Assembly: GCA_963674595.2 (NCBI GenBank)
Contig: CAXXFV010000023.1
Location: 352,001-416,000, forward strand
Source: a bacterium
Lineage (GTDB): Bacteria > Zhuqueibacterota > Zhuqueibacteria > Residuimicrobiales > Krinioviventaceae
Direction: 5' to 3'
Length of the DNA: 64,000 nucleotides
Made by a program: the position numbers and the translations under genes. The first letter of the stretch is position 1, and the number at the start of each line of letters is the position of its first letter. The notes under the pieces were generated by a model. It was not told where the DNA came from and ran no database searches. It saw only the letters and a list, made by a program, of their open reading frames with translations. This document shows positions 38,943 to 49,199 of this stretch, piece after piece.

Positions 38943-40254
38943 ATGGAAAAACGACATCCCAAAGGATTAGCAGTCCTTTTTTTTACGGAAATGTGGGAGC
39001 GGTTCAGCTTTTACGGAATGCGAGCCATCCTCGTACTTTACTTGACGAAAGAAACAATGGGACAAAACGCAGGCCTTGGTTGGTCTAACGCAAATGCACT
39101 GGCTTTATATGGCTGGTATACAATGCTGGTTTATGTTATGTCCATTCCCGGCGGAATAATTGCTGACAGATTGTTGGGCCAAAAGAAAACAGTCCTTGTC
39201 GGTGGTATTCTTATCGCTGCGGGACAGTTTGCATTGGCAGCGAACGGCATGGTTACTTTTTACACCGGTCTGGTCCTGCTTGTAACCGGCGTTGGCTGTC
39301 TTAAACCTAATGTATCTACAATGGTTGGCGGGCTGTACAAATCGGGTGATCCCAGACGCGACAGCGGTTTTACTATTTTTTATATTGGGATCAATATTGG
39401 TGCGGCAACGGCCCCGTTGCTGGTTGGATATATTGGTGAAGTGTATAACTGGAACTATGGTTTTGGTCTGGCTGGTTTGGGAATGATTTTGGGATTAATT
39501 GTTTATGTGCTTGGACAAAAACACTTGAAAGGAGTGGGTGATTTTGTTCCTGTTCAAAAAATTAAAGGAACTAAAAAAAGTGTTCCTCTTACTAAAATTG
39601 AAAAAGACAGAATTGTCGTTTTGTTGATTTCCTTTTTAATCGTCATTGTTTTCTGGGCTGCCTATGAACAAGCAGGCGGTTTGATGAACCTGTATACAGA
39701 GAATAAAATCTATCGTATAGTTTTGGGTTTTGAAATACCGGCCAGTTTATTTCAATCTGTTCCGGCAATTTTCGTTATTATATTTGGGACTGTTGTTGCT
39801 GCTTACTGGGCCAAACGCCAGAAAAAAGGAAAAGAATCTTCATCGCTTTTTAAAATGGCAATCGGTACAATGGTTTTGGGTTTGGGATTTTTAATGATGT
39901 CCGGAGCTGCGTTGCAGGCACAGGACGGTAGTAAAGCCATGCTCATTTGGCTTATCCTTTCTTATTTGCTGCAGGTCCTGGGTGAGTTATCTATTTCGCC
40001 GGTGGCGCTTTCTTTTATTACAAAACTTGCTCCTGTAAAATATGCCTCCATTATGATGGGGCGTTTATTTTGCTGCAACCGGTTTAGGAAATAAAGCAGC
40101 CGGTATGCTTGGTGAATTAGCCGAACACGCTGGAGAACTGCAAGTGTTTACCGGTATATTTATTTTCTGTATAGCAGTCGGTGCTTTATTATTGGTGTTC
40201 TTTAAAAAACTTGATACACTGACGCATGGAGCTGAAGATATTAAAGAGGCATAA
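38943..40254 (+). CDS. POT/PTR family proton-dependent di/tripeptide transporter (DtpT-like) with a +1 frameshift near the 3' end
   Basis: TEMWERFSFYGM, FYIGINIG and ELSISPV motifs. Removing one G from GGGG at 40058-40061 restores MMGVYFAATGLGNKAAG...THGAEDIKEA* ending at 40254. Confidence 0.88.
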
Positions 40255-40285
40255 TTTAAATTTCATTGACTTTTTGCAGTTTTTT

Positions 40286-40333
40286 TCCTCCCAAACAAGA
40301 TTTTTTGGATTTTGGTTTGGGAGGATTTTTTTT
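40286..40333 (+). terminator. Intrinsic terminator after the peptide transporter
   Basis: tcctcccaaac / gtttgggagga 11-bp stem followed by a T-run. Confidence 0.7.
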
Positions 40334-40524
40334 ATAACCTGACCATTTTAAAAGTCGACTTGTAAACTATTGTAATAAAGTGTTGATTTTTTCAACTATA
40401 ACTGGCAAAGTGTTTATAAAATTGTTATTTTAGCATACCTTTTCCCCCAAGTATGATATTATTTACAATCCTTTCTGTAAATAACTGGTGATGATTTTTA
40501 GCGAGAAAAATAACAGGAGAGATT

Positions 40525-42828
40525 ATGAGATTCGTTTTTTTAATTCTTTGCCTTACTCTATCCAACCTTTATGCTGTAACTGTTTCACAACATTTACAAA
40601 AAATCAATAACGTTATCCTTCCAAATGAAAAGAGCGCCGGAATTTGTACGGAACTGCTAAAGGATCAGTTGTCCCATGTATCTGTTTCCGTAAAAAATGA
40701 TGCTAAATTTTCTGGTAAAAACACGCTTTTTATTGGCAGTACGGACATGGAAAGAGACCAGATTCCTGAGAATACACCTGCTGAACAAAGTTGGATATTT
40801 GTTCAATTAACCGGTGCAGGAGCGAATAAAATTCTGACTTCTGATTCCAACTTGTTATATACGGCTCTGTATCGCCTGCTTAATGACTGGAGTGATTACG
40901 ACGTTGCTGTTTTTAAGGAGGGACGCTTTTTTTACCCCACCTTTGAATGGACTGAAGCAAATGACGGATTTTTTGCCGCACGAAAATATTTTAGTTATCA
41001 TTATGATCCTGATCAATGTGTGAAAGAATTTGCACGAATGGGTTGTACCCATGTTCCGGTAAACGCGCTTGCCACGCCTTTTCCCTATGAGCAGGGCCCT
41101 CCGGGTGAACATTATTATCGATTTTATATTACAAATCCGGACCTCGACCAGTTTGTGGCTACGGACCTGAATGACGGCGTTTATCCCCACGAATATCTTG
41201 CCGCCAATTGTAATCAGATGCGAAAAAATATAACGCTTGCACGCAAGTACGGACTCAAACCCGGACTTGCCATGTGTTCACCCCGGTCAGTACCGGAGGC
41301 TTTTTTTGATAAATATCCTCTGTTAAGAGGCGCCCGTATCGACCACCCGTTTCACAGTTACGAACCACGATATACAATGACACTGGCCCATCCGGTTGTT
41401 CGATGGCACTATGCGCAGATGATGGAAAAAATGATAAAAATGTTTCCTGATCTGGATTATGCCTATATCTGGAGTAATGACAGTGGATCCGGTTTTGAAC
41501 ACACTATGACGACCTATCCCGGCCGAAATGGCGGCGCTTTTCTGGTCCGTGAATGGCGTACAAATGAACAAATTGCAGATAAAGCGGCTGGAAATATTTT
41601 TCAATATTTGACGATTTTAAAAAATGCCGGTCAAAAAATAAACAAAGACTTTGGGGTTATTTTACGTATTTTTTCATTTACAGCCGCCCAGGACACGCTT
41701 TTAAAACAGTTTAAAGATGGATATGATATGCGTGTTTTACCTTCATCGGTAACCGATAAGGAAAAATGGCAGAAATTACAAACCGTACAGAAAAAAGGTT
41801 CCTTAATATCGACCACTGTAAATCTGGGAATTCCCTACAGCCATGTAGCGGGAATAGCTTTTCCCTGGGAATGCCGAAAACGCCTGGACGGATTAGCCGA
41901 TGCCGGTGTGAAGCGAATTTCTTTAACTGTTAATCCCCAATCGCTTGCTCCTTATGATATCAACAGAGAAATTTTTCATACTTATCAGTTTGAACCGGAT
42001 ATCCCGGTGGATTCTGTTGTCACCAGAACTGCTAAAAAATGGATTGGAGAAAAATATTCTTCATTACTGGTTAATGTGTGGCAATTAACAGATAAAACCG
42101 TAGCCGATTTTCCCAATGTTCCGCTTTATCAGGGATATGGTTTTGTCTCTTTTCGGTTGTGGGTAAGGCCCCTTGTACCCAATTTTGAAAATATTCCCAA
42201 ACAAAAAAGGGCTTATTATGAAGATTTTTCGCTGTCGAATTATAATAATCCCAACCTGGTCGATTTGAGTGAAAATGCCTTGTGGACGCTTGTTCCCGTA
42301 GACAAGGCACAACAAATTGTCGATGAATGTGAAAAACAGGGCTATAAGCCCCTGAATCAGGCAATCCAAATGCTTGACAAAGAAATCAACAAACTGAACG
42401 CAGACGATGAGCAACGTAAAATTTTAATTGACCAGCGCGACAGGATTTGTGCGTTGATTTGTTATTACAGAACGCTGCAAAATACAGCCCGATGGATTGT
42501 GGACGTACATGGGTATATTGATTCTAAAAATGATGAACAGAGAAAAAAACATCGAAAAGCGCTTGATAAAATGATGGCGGATGAAATTGAAAATATGCAA
42601 AATTTACTTGATTTGTGGAATTCCAGTTCCGTTACGTTTACACCGATTTCCAGTTTTGGTGAAAACTGGTATACCTATGGTGATAATTTGGGTGAACTTT
42701 TGGCTAAAAAGATAGAATTAATGAAAGAGTATCAAAACGATGAACCCTATATTGACGGCAATTTTATGTGGAAAATGCCGGAGCCTTTTTCAGTGACACC
42801 GGATCAGTATTTAAAATTTGTTGAATAA
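40525..42828 (+). CDS. Exported hypothetical protein, possibly glycoside-hydrolase-like
   Basis: AGGAG RBS, signal peptide, 767-aa ORF; aromatic-rich central region with WSNDSGSGFE and a helical C-terminus. No family confidently recognised. Confidence 0.6.
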   Translation: MRFVFLILCLTLSNLYAVTVSQHLQKINNVILPNEKSAGICTELLKDQLSHVSVSVKNDAKFSGKNTLFIGSTDMERDQIPENTPAEQSWIFVQLTGAGANKILTSDSNLLYTALYRLLNDWSDYDVAVFKEGRFFYPTFEWTEANDGFFAARKYFSYHYDPDQCVKEFARMGCTHVPVNALATPFPYEQGPPGEHYYRFYITNPDLDQFVATDLNDGVYPHEYLAANCNQMRKNITLARKYGLKPGLAMCSPRSVPEAFFDKYPLLRGARIDHPFHSYEPRYTMTLAHPVVRWHYAQMMEKMIKMFPDLDYAYIWSNDSGSGFEHTMTTYPGRNGGAFLVREWRTNEQIADKAAGNIFQYLTILKNAGQKINKDFGVILRIFSFTAAQDTLLKQFKDGYDMRVLPSSVTDKEKWQKLQTVQKKGSLISTTVNLGIPYSHVAGIAFPWECRKRLDGLADAGVKRISLTVNPQSLAPYDINREIFHTYQFEPDIPVDSVVTRTAKKWIGEKYSSLLVNVWQLTDKTVADFPNVPLYQGYGFVSFRLWVRPLVPNFENIPKQKRAYYEDFSLSNYNNPNLVDLSENALWTLVPVDKAQQIVDECEKQGYKPLNQAIQMLDKEINKLNADDEQRKILIDQRDRICALICYYRTLQNTARWIVDVHGYIDSKNDEQRKKHRKALDKMMADEIENMQNLLDLWNSSSVTFTPISSFGENWYTYGDNLGELLAKKIELMKEYQNDEPYIDGNFMWKMPEPFSVTPDQYLKFVE

Positions 42829-42851
42829 AATTATATAGAGGATTTTCAGAT

Positions 42852-42887
42852 AAAAAAATGCGGGTAACATCAAACCTGTTACCCGCA
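42852..42887 (-). terminator. Intrinsic terminator between convergent genes (U-tract on minus strand)
   Basis: tgcgggtaaca / tgttacccgca 11-bp perfect stem preceded by A7. Confidence 0.8.
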
Positions 42888-42919
42888 CTAGTATTGTTAA
42901 AAAGGGGAATGAATATAAA

Positions 42920-45487
42920 TTATAGTCGCGAAACCGACACCGGTTTTTCCTTACCTGATACAAAACATTTTTCAATATCAAGCTCACCTTTGTATAGCTG
43001 CACAAAGGGTTGGCCGTTTTTTAATCCGGCAGTACCGAATGCGGATGCCGTGGCAAGAAAAACCGTAAAATCATCACCTATTTGTGAATTGATATACAGG
43101 GTTTTGTCGACAGCATCATACCGGATTCCGGTCAAAGCCTGAAGCATGCCGTAACTGGACATGGCCCGGGCGTACCAGTGGCCGCACTCGTATTCATCAA
43201 AGGGATTACGAACCCGGCCGTCATATCGGGACCGGCATGTTCGTACAATTTCCAATCCTTCTTTTACATAACCTTCAAACATCAGATGAGAGGCCACTTG
43301 ATATTCAATACCTGTCCACACTTCGTTGCTGTAAATAAAGGGCAGCGACGGTTCGTCCTTTTCCGGCCAGGTACACAATAGCAGTCCGCCTTCATGTCCG
43401 AGCGCGTAGGAAGGCCGTTGTGGATTGGCGTGGTCGAACAAATCTTTAACAAGGTTGTATTTATGTATGGATGTTAAATGGCTTTGCACTTTAGTTTTGT
43501 CTAAAATCTCCTGGTCCAGTCCGCACACACGGGCAATCCATAAACCCAAAACACCGTCCGAAAGACAGCCGTTGCCGTATTGATATTTGGGTCCCTCTTT
43601 TTCCAGAATTTCCAGAGCCTCGGGAGAATAGCCCCTTTTCCACTCCTGATTTTTATCGGATGGCGCTGTTGCTTTTAACTCTTTCCATTTAATCTGCTGA
43701 ATAAAATACTCACCATTATACAGCCCGGTTTCCATATATTTTTTCCCTTTTTCCAGCAGGGAGGTGTAAAGGGAAATATCTTTATTCAGAGTGCCGCCCA
43801 TTTCAATAATAGCCGTCAATGCTCCCAGGTAAAAGCTGGTGCACATGCCGTCCGGTCCCCAAAATTCAATATCATAGGTGTTGTGGTGCGGTTCTTCCAC
43901 AATACCTTTATGGTCCGGGTCCCAGGTTTCAATGCAGTACTGCATGCTTTTTTGCATAGGGGGCCAGATTTTTTCCAGCCAGTTAGTGTCACCGGAAATT
44001 CGCCATTCCCGATATACTTTCATAATACCGCCGAGTTGTCCGTCTGACGCGGCATGATATGTATGTTTGATATAATCAATCGGCAGTCCGGAACGAAACT
44101 GCTGATGTCCCTGTTCATTTTGACTGATGTAAAATTCCGTTTCCCGCAAGGTCCTTTCCAATGACGGAAACAAGTGGGGGATGGCCTGAGCATAGTTCCA
44201 GACATGCGTGCAGGACCCCGGACAACAACCCTTTTGATTGTGGCAGCCTTCCCAGGCCCAAAGACGGCCGTCTGCCTGCCTGAGAACTGTTGGAGATTTT
44301 AAAATGGTTAAATTAGCTGCTATCGCTTCCATCACTTCCGGGGCGAGTGTGGAACTGTAAAAAGCCTTGCTGAACAGTTTTGATTCCTGATGTAATTTAT
44401 TATAATTATTGCGCCAATAATCCGACAATTCGTAAATGTTTTTAAATTTTGCAGCATAATAGGGAACATGCGTTGAGGCACAGCATGTTTTGGATTCCGG
44501 GGTTACCGGAGGATCGATAAAATTTCCCCGTCTCAAAGTCGTATGCGGAACATACCAGCATAGCATAACTTTGATTGTTTTTTCTTCATTCGGCGCAAGT
44601 GTGAATGGTACATAAAAAGAAGCCCCTGCAACGGTTTCATCTACCGGGGGATTTTCAAAAATTTCCCCCTTTTCCACACTTTTCCAGGCCATGGTCAGGG
44701 CATCATAACTGCCGCCCCGAAACCAGTAATGATTGACTTTAACATTTTCTTCATCTGTGGCAAAGACAAAACCGCCTTCATCTTCCGGATGTTCCGGTTC
44801 ACCGTCCTGCCATAATAAAAATCCCTGATGAATGGGTTTAACAAAATAACCGGGTTTAAAACTTTTTTCCCATACATCCGGAAGCGAAATGCGCATAAAG
44901 TTTTGTGAATGAAAAGAAAAAACAGCCTCACATGTTTCGGATGATGTGTTTTTAAAATGATATTCCAGTGCGCCTGCCGGTAACCCGGAATTGTCGGCGT
45001 CACCGGGAATGAACGGACTCCAGCCGGTTATTTGTACTCCCAAATTGACTTCAGGATCTTCCAGTTTAATATCAGCAAAGGGGAACCGTGCCTGAAATTC
45101 CGCTTTTTCAAACCTGGGCAGCCCAAAGCTGCTGCCTTCCAACCCATTGCCGCTTCGCGGTTTGCCGAAATATTTCCATTCCGGGACCGGCCCTTCCAGA
45201 ACTTTGGCCGTGTTTTTATCTTTTCCTTTAATACAAATAGCGGCAAAAGTCAGCGGTTCTTTATCGACGTTGGGTTCATTCCTTACAGAGACATGGGAAA
45301 CAGCACCGGTTCCCTCCAGGCATATCATGCCGGCCCCGATTCCGCCTATCGGAAAAGCGACGCGGTTCAGGTATTCTCCATTATAAGGTCCATTGAATTT
45401 TCTTTTTTCTGCCATGTCATCTCCTAAAAGCCATGAGACAGCAACAAATAAAACGATGTTGGTAAGAAAAAAAACAGTTGATTTCAT
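42920..45487 (-). CDS. GH116 beta-glucosidase / non-lysosomal glucosylceramidase-like protein
   Basis: FPIGGIGAG, WSPFIPGD, WEGC, SCTHVWNYA, DGQLG, HNTYDIEF, EVWTGIEY and ECGHWYAR motifs. Confidence 0.92.
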   Translation of the reverse strand: MKSTVFFLTNIVLFVAVSWLLGDDMAEKRKFNGPYNGEYLNRVAFPIGGIGAGMICLEGTGAVSHVSVRNEPNVDKEPLTFAAICIKGKDKNTAKVLEGPVPEWKYFGKPRSGNGLEGSSFGLPRFEKAEFQARFPFADIKLEDPEVNLGVQITGWSPFIPGDADNSGLPAGALEYHFKNTSSETCEAVFSFHSQNFMRISLPDVWEKSFKPGYFVKPIHQGFLLWQDGEPEHPEDEGGFVFATDEENVKVNHYWFRGGSYDALTMAWKSVEKGEIFENPPVDETVAGASFYVPFTLAPNEEKTIKVMLCWYVPHTTLRRGNFIDPPVTPESKTCCASTHVPYYAAKFKNIYELSDYWRNNYNKLHQESKLFSKAFYSSTLAPEVMEAIAANLTILKSPTVLRQADGRLWAWEGCHNQKGCCPGSCTHVWNYAQAIPHLFPSLERTLRETEFYISQNEQGHQQFRSGLPIDYIKHTYHAASDGQLGGIMKVYREWRISGDTNWLEKIWPPMQKSMQYCIETWDPDHKGIVEEPHHNTYDIEFWGPDGMCTSFYLGALTAIIEMGGTLNKDISLYTSLLEKGKKYMETGLYNGEYFIQQIKWKELKATAPSDKNQEWKRGYSPEALEILEKEGPKYQYGNGCLSDGVLGLWIARVCGLDQEILDKTKVQSHLTSIHKYNLVKDLFDHANPQRPSYALGHEGGLLLCTWPEKDEPSLPFIYSNEVWTGIEYQVASHLMFEGYVKEGLEIVRTCRSRYDGRVRNPFDEYECGHWYARAMSSYGMLQALTGIRYDAVDKTLYINSQIGDDFTVFLATASAFGTAGLKNGQPFVQLYKGELDIEKCFVSGKEKPVSVSRL

Positions 45488-45560
45488 TTTTAGACTCCCA
45501 GAGCTTTTCTATCCAAAACTGTTTTTATCAAGTTTGATTTCTGAAAATGCCGATTATTTT

Positions 45561-45998
45561 TTATTTAAAAATTACGGACACGTCAGAAATATTTTTTGCC
45601 TCTAATAATTTTTCGCGTTTTTCCGGATTTTTAACCACAACCATTATTTTGGATAATAATTTCAGATATTGTTGCTGTGCGTTTTCCGGGGCACCGATTA
45701 AAAAAACCAGTGAGACCGGTTTTTGATCAATTGATTCCCAGTCAACCGGAGTTTCTATAATGCCGGTCAGTACGAAAAATTTTTTCAGGTGCGGGCTTTT
45801 TGCATGGGGAATAGCCACACCCAAACCGATTCCCGTACTGAGCAGGGCTTCCCGCTCTTTGATTGCTTTTTTAAAGGCCAGCATATCTACCGCATTCAGG
45901 TCTTTGGCCTTTTCAACCAGTTCCGTTAAAATGGCGTGTTTGTTTTTTCCTGTCAGAAAGAAAATGTTTTCGGAATTAATAAAATCAGATATATTCAT
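45561..45998 (-). CDS. Stand-alone PTS EIIA (Fru/Ntr-type) domain protein
   Basis: EREALLSTGIGLGVAIPH (phosphorylatable His), DWESIDQKPV.LVFLI. Confidence 0.92.
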   Translation of the reverse strand: MNISDFINSENIFFLTGKNKHAILTELVEKAKDLNAVDMLAFKKAIKEREALLSTGIGLGVAIPHAKSPHLKKFFVLTGIIETPVDWESIDQKPVSLVFLIGAPENAQQQYLKLLSKIMVVVKNPEKREKLLEAKNISDVSVIFK

Positions 45999-46015
45999 AA
46001 TAATTACCTTATATT

Positions 46016-47788
46016 TTAGTGTTTGTGTTTTACTTTGGCAATACCTTCAAAAATGAGTTTTTCTTCACCGTCGAGTGTAACCAGTTGGCCGTCTTCAAGT
46101 GTTTCCGTTGCTTTGTAGGCTCCGGCTAAAGCTACCAGTTTTGGGTTTGCTTTATAAATTTCCTGCCAACTGATGGAGGAAAATTCTTCCAGGATATAAC
46201 CGATTGCTTTTTTTAGTACGGGTATGTAGGACTCATCCATATATTTTGTAAGTAAAATTTCGTTGCCGTCACCTTTGATGCGATCATTGGCTTCCTGAAC
46301 GCTTTTAACCTTGACGATTTTCCCGGAAACCGTTGTACCGTATCCCCGTAAACTTTTTCCAAGTACATTAACGATTAAATGAATCCGGATGGTGTTGAGC
46401 ATAATCGGTGAATCAACCGGCATACCGGCCAGAATGACCAGTTTATCAAATTGTTTTAACAGGTCGTGGTCCATGCCTTTTTTAATAGCGTTTTCAAGCA
46501 TGGTGTCTGAATCGACGGTAACGTCCGAAATAATGGGGTAAACGCCCCAATACAATAATAGTTTTCTTCTGACGGCTTCATAGGGTGTCACCGCCAAAAT
46601 ATACTGGTCCGGCCGGTATTTACTGATAAGTTTGGGTGTGTTTCCATGAAGAGACGGTGTTAGAATAGCGTCGGCATCAATATCACGGGCTGTATAATAG
46701 GCGGATCGTGCAATTGTATCAGCCATATTATGTTCTGTCGGAAGGTTAATATATGTCTTTTGCCTGGTTTTGTACTCTGTTGAACGTTCAATTTGCAGAG
46801 CAATTTTGTGCATCATTGCCACTGTTTTTACCGGATATTTGCCGCTGGCTGTTTCACCGGACAACATAATAGCGTCTGTACCGTCTATGATAGCGTTGGC
46901 AACGTCGGTAACTTCGGCCCGTGTTGGTGTCGGATTGTCGATCATAGAGTCCAGCATTTGCGTAGCAACAATAACCGGTTTGTTCTGTTCATTACATTTC
47001 AGAATAATTCGTTTTTGGACCAGTGGGATTTCCTCCGGGCGCAACTGAACGCCAAGGTCGCCGCGGGCAACCATAACCCCGTTGGACACTCGAATGATCT
47101 CGTCGATGTTATCCAGGCCTTCCTGGTCTTCAATTTTAGCTATAATATCAATATTAACATCACAAATATCAATAATGCCGCGAATTTCTTTTATATCGGC
47201 TGGTTTTCGGATAAATGAGGCGGCTATAAAGTCAACATGATTTTCAATGCCGAACATAATATCCTGAACGTCTTTTTCCGTAATGGCCGGCAGCGAGGTC
47301 CGCACACCGACAACGTTTACATTTTTGTGGCTGCCTATTTCCGCACCGCTTCGAATAATGCAGTGAATTTCCTGGCCGGACACTTTATCAACCTCAAGGT
47401 CGACCAGACCATCGGCAATGAAAATATGTTTTCCGGGTGAAATTTCAGAGGGTAGTTTGGAATAGGAAATACTAAGCAGGTCTTCCGTTCCTTCGACTTC
47501 ATCCGTCGTCAGGGTAATTCGGTTGTCTCTTTTCAAAAGAATAGTTTTGTCATCTTTAATACGGCCTGTGCGTATTTCCGGACCTTTTGTGTCCAATAAT
47601 AACGCAACCGGTATGGAGGTTTGCCGGCCGGCTTCACGAAGTATGTCCATGCTTTCTTTATGGTACTCATGATCACCATGGGAAAAATTAAAACGGGCAA
47701 TGTTCATACCGTTGTATAAAAGCTGTTTCATTGTCTCCAGATTTCGAACAGCAGGTCCCATGGTACAGATAATTTTGGTTTTACGCAT
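46016..47788 (-). CDS. pyk: Pyruvate kinase with C-terminal PEP-utiliser mobile-domain-like extension
   Basis: RKTKIICTMGP, ARFNFSHG, DTKGPEIR, IAKIE, MVARGDLG, ATQMLDSM, PTRAE, MLSGETASG. Confidence 0.97.
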   Translation of the reverse strand: MRKTKIICTMGPAVRNLETMKQLLYNGMNIARFNFSHGDHEYHKESMDILREAGRQTSIPVALLLDTKGPEIRTGRIKDDKTILLKRDNRITLTTDEVEGTEDLLSISYSKLPSEISPGKHIFIADGLVDLEVDKVSGQEIHCIIRSGAEIGSHKNVNVVGVRTSLPAITEKDVQDIMFGIENHVDFIAASFIRKPADIKEIRGIIDICDVNIDIIAKIEDQEGLDNIDEIIRVSNGVMVARGDLGVQLRPEEIPLVQKRIILKCNEQNKPVIVATQMLDSMIDNPTPTRAEVTDVANAIIDGTDAIMLSGETASGKYPVKTVAMMHKIALQIERSTEYKTRQKTYINLPTEHNMADTIARSAYYTARDIDADAILTPSLHGNTPKLISKYRPDQYILAVTPYEAVRRKLLLYWGVYPIISDVTVDSDTMLENAIKKGMDHDLLKQFDKLVILAGMPVDSPIMLNTIRIHLIVNVLGKSLRGYGTTVSGKIVKVKSVQEANDRIKGDGNEILLTKYMDESYIPVLKKAIGYILEEFSSISWQEIYKANPKLVALAGAYKATETLEDGQLVTLDGEEKLIFEGIAKVKHKH

Positions 47789-47949
47789 TTTTATAACCTT
47801 TGTTGTCGTAAATTATAGGTGATGATTCGATCATTGAATCAAATAGTCATTGTGTAACGGGAAAAATATATCCTGTTGGTATTAAAAATAAGCATTTTTT
47901 ACGTGTAGATAAAGTTAAAGTTTGGTTAAGAAAATTTTTTTTATTCACT

Positions 47950-47977
47950 TTGCTTTTTTTAAGAAAAGATTTATCTT
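47950..47977 (+). promoter_or_regulatory. Candidate sigma70-type promoter upstream of rhaT
   Basis: TTGCTT-16 nt-TATCTT in the divergent pyk/rhaT intergenic region. Confidence 0.3.
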
Positions 47978-48142
47978 GTATGTTGAAAAATGGTTTTATG
48001 ACCTGGCCTCCATTTTTTAATATTTTTCCCTTTTTGGTCCTTATGAATGCTCCGTCAAGCTATAGTTTGATACATAGAAATTAACTTATTTCTCTCATTT
48101 TGTATAATTACAGACACTATGAACATAAATAGCGAGTGAGTA

Positions 48143-49189
48143 ATGAATCCGATTATTGGTATTTTCTATCACGCCCTGGGTGGTTTTGCTGCCGGAAGTT
48201 TTTATATCCCTTATAATAAAGTTCGTAACTGGGCCTGGGAAGTTTACTGGCTGGTAGGTGGTTTTTTTGCCTGGATTTTCGCCCCCTGGCTGGTGACATT
48301 ACTGGTTATTCCTGATGTGTCCTTGTTATTTAAAAGTGTGGGAGTAAATCATTTTGTATGGCCTTATATTTTTGGTGTTTTGTGGGGTATCGGTGGTTTG
48401 ACTTTTGGGCTGACCATGCGCTATCTCGGGATGTCCCTGGGTATGGCCTTTGCCCTTGGATTAACCGCTACGTTCGGGACGTTGGTCCCGCCGATTTATA
48501 CAGGCCAATTCGGGATTCTAATTTCTCATCTGTCCGGATGGGTAACGCTTATAGGTGTTGCTGTTTGTCTGGTTGGTATCGTCATTACCGGCAAGGCCGG
48601 AATTATGAAGGACAAGGAACTTTCCACTGAACAAAAACAGGAACATATTAAAGAGTTTGATCTGAAAAAAGGTATCGGCGTTGCTTTGCTGGCTGGTGTA
48701 ATGAGCGCCTGTTTTGCCTTTGGCATTGCGGCTGGAAAACCCCTGGCTGATAAAGCTATTGAATTGGGTGCACCGACTTTATTCAGCAACAGCCCCACTT
48801 TTATTATTATTCTGGCCGGCGGTTTTACCACAAACTTTATATGGTGTATGGGATTGAGCTTTAAAAATAAAACCATTAAAGATTATATCAAAAAAACGGA
48901 CACACCCCAGCTTGGTAATTACTTTTTTTCTGCTCTGGCCGGTCTTACCTGGTACTGCCAGTTTATGTTTTACGGTATGGGAACAACAAAAATGGGTAAA
49001 TATGATTTTGCCAGTTGGAGCATACACATGGCCTTTATTATTGTGTTTAGTAATATATGGGGCCTGATCTTAAAAGAATGGCAGGGCTCCGGACGCCGGA
49101 CCATACGTGTTATTTTACTGGGTTTGCTGGTGCTGGTATTTTCGACAATAATTATAGGGGTCGGTAATTATATTCAAAAATTTGAATAA
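48143..49189 (+). CDS. rhaT: L-rhamnose/proton symporter family protein
   Basis: GSFYIPYNKVRNWAWEVYW, LWGIGGLTFGLTMRYLGMSLG, GGFTTN and SWSIHMA...WGLILKEW motifs typical of RhaT. Confidence 0.92.
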   Translation: MNPIIGIFYHALGGFAAGSFYIPYNKVRNWAWEVYWLVGGFFAWIFAPWLVTLLVIPDVSLLFKSVGVNHFVWPYIFGVLWGIGGLTFGLTMRYLGMSLGMAFALGLTATFGTLVPPIYTGQFGILISHLSGWVTLIGVAVCLVGIVITGKAGIMKDKELSTEQKQEHIKEFDLKKGIGVALLAGVMSACFAFGIAAGKPLADKAIELGAPTLFSNSPTFIIILAGGFTTNFIWCMGLSFKNKTIKDYIKKTDTPQLGNYFFSALAGLTWYCQFMFYGMGTTKMGKYDFASWSIHMAFIIVFSNIWGLILKEWQGSGRRTIRVILLGLLVLVFSTIIIGVGNYIQKFE

Positions 49190-49199
49190 AGGAGAAACC

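Noticed and set aside
40382-47841. Short intergenic inverted repeats gttga-N5-tcaac (40382-40396) and tgattc-N7-gaatca (47823-47841)
   Set aside because: Too short to distinguish from chance in AT-rich DNA without comparative data.
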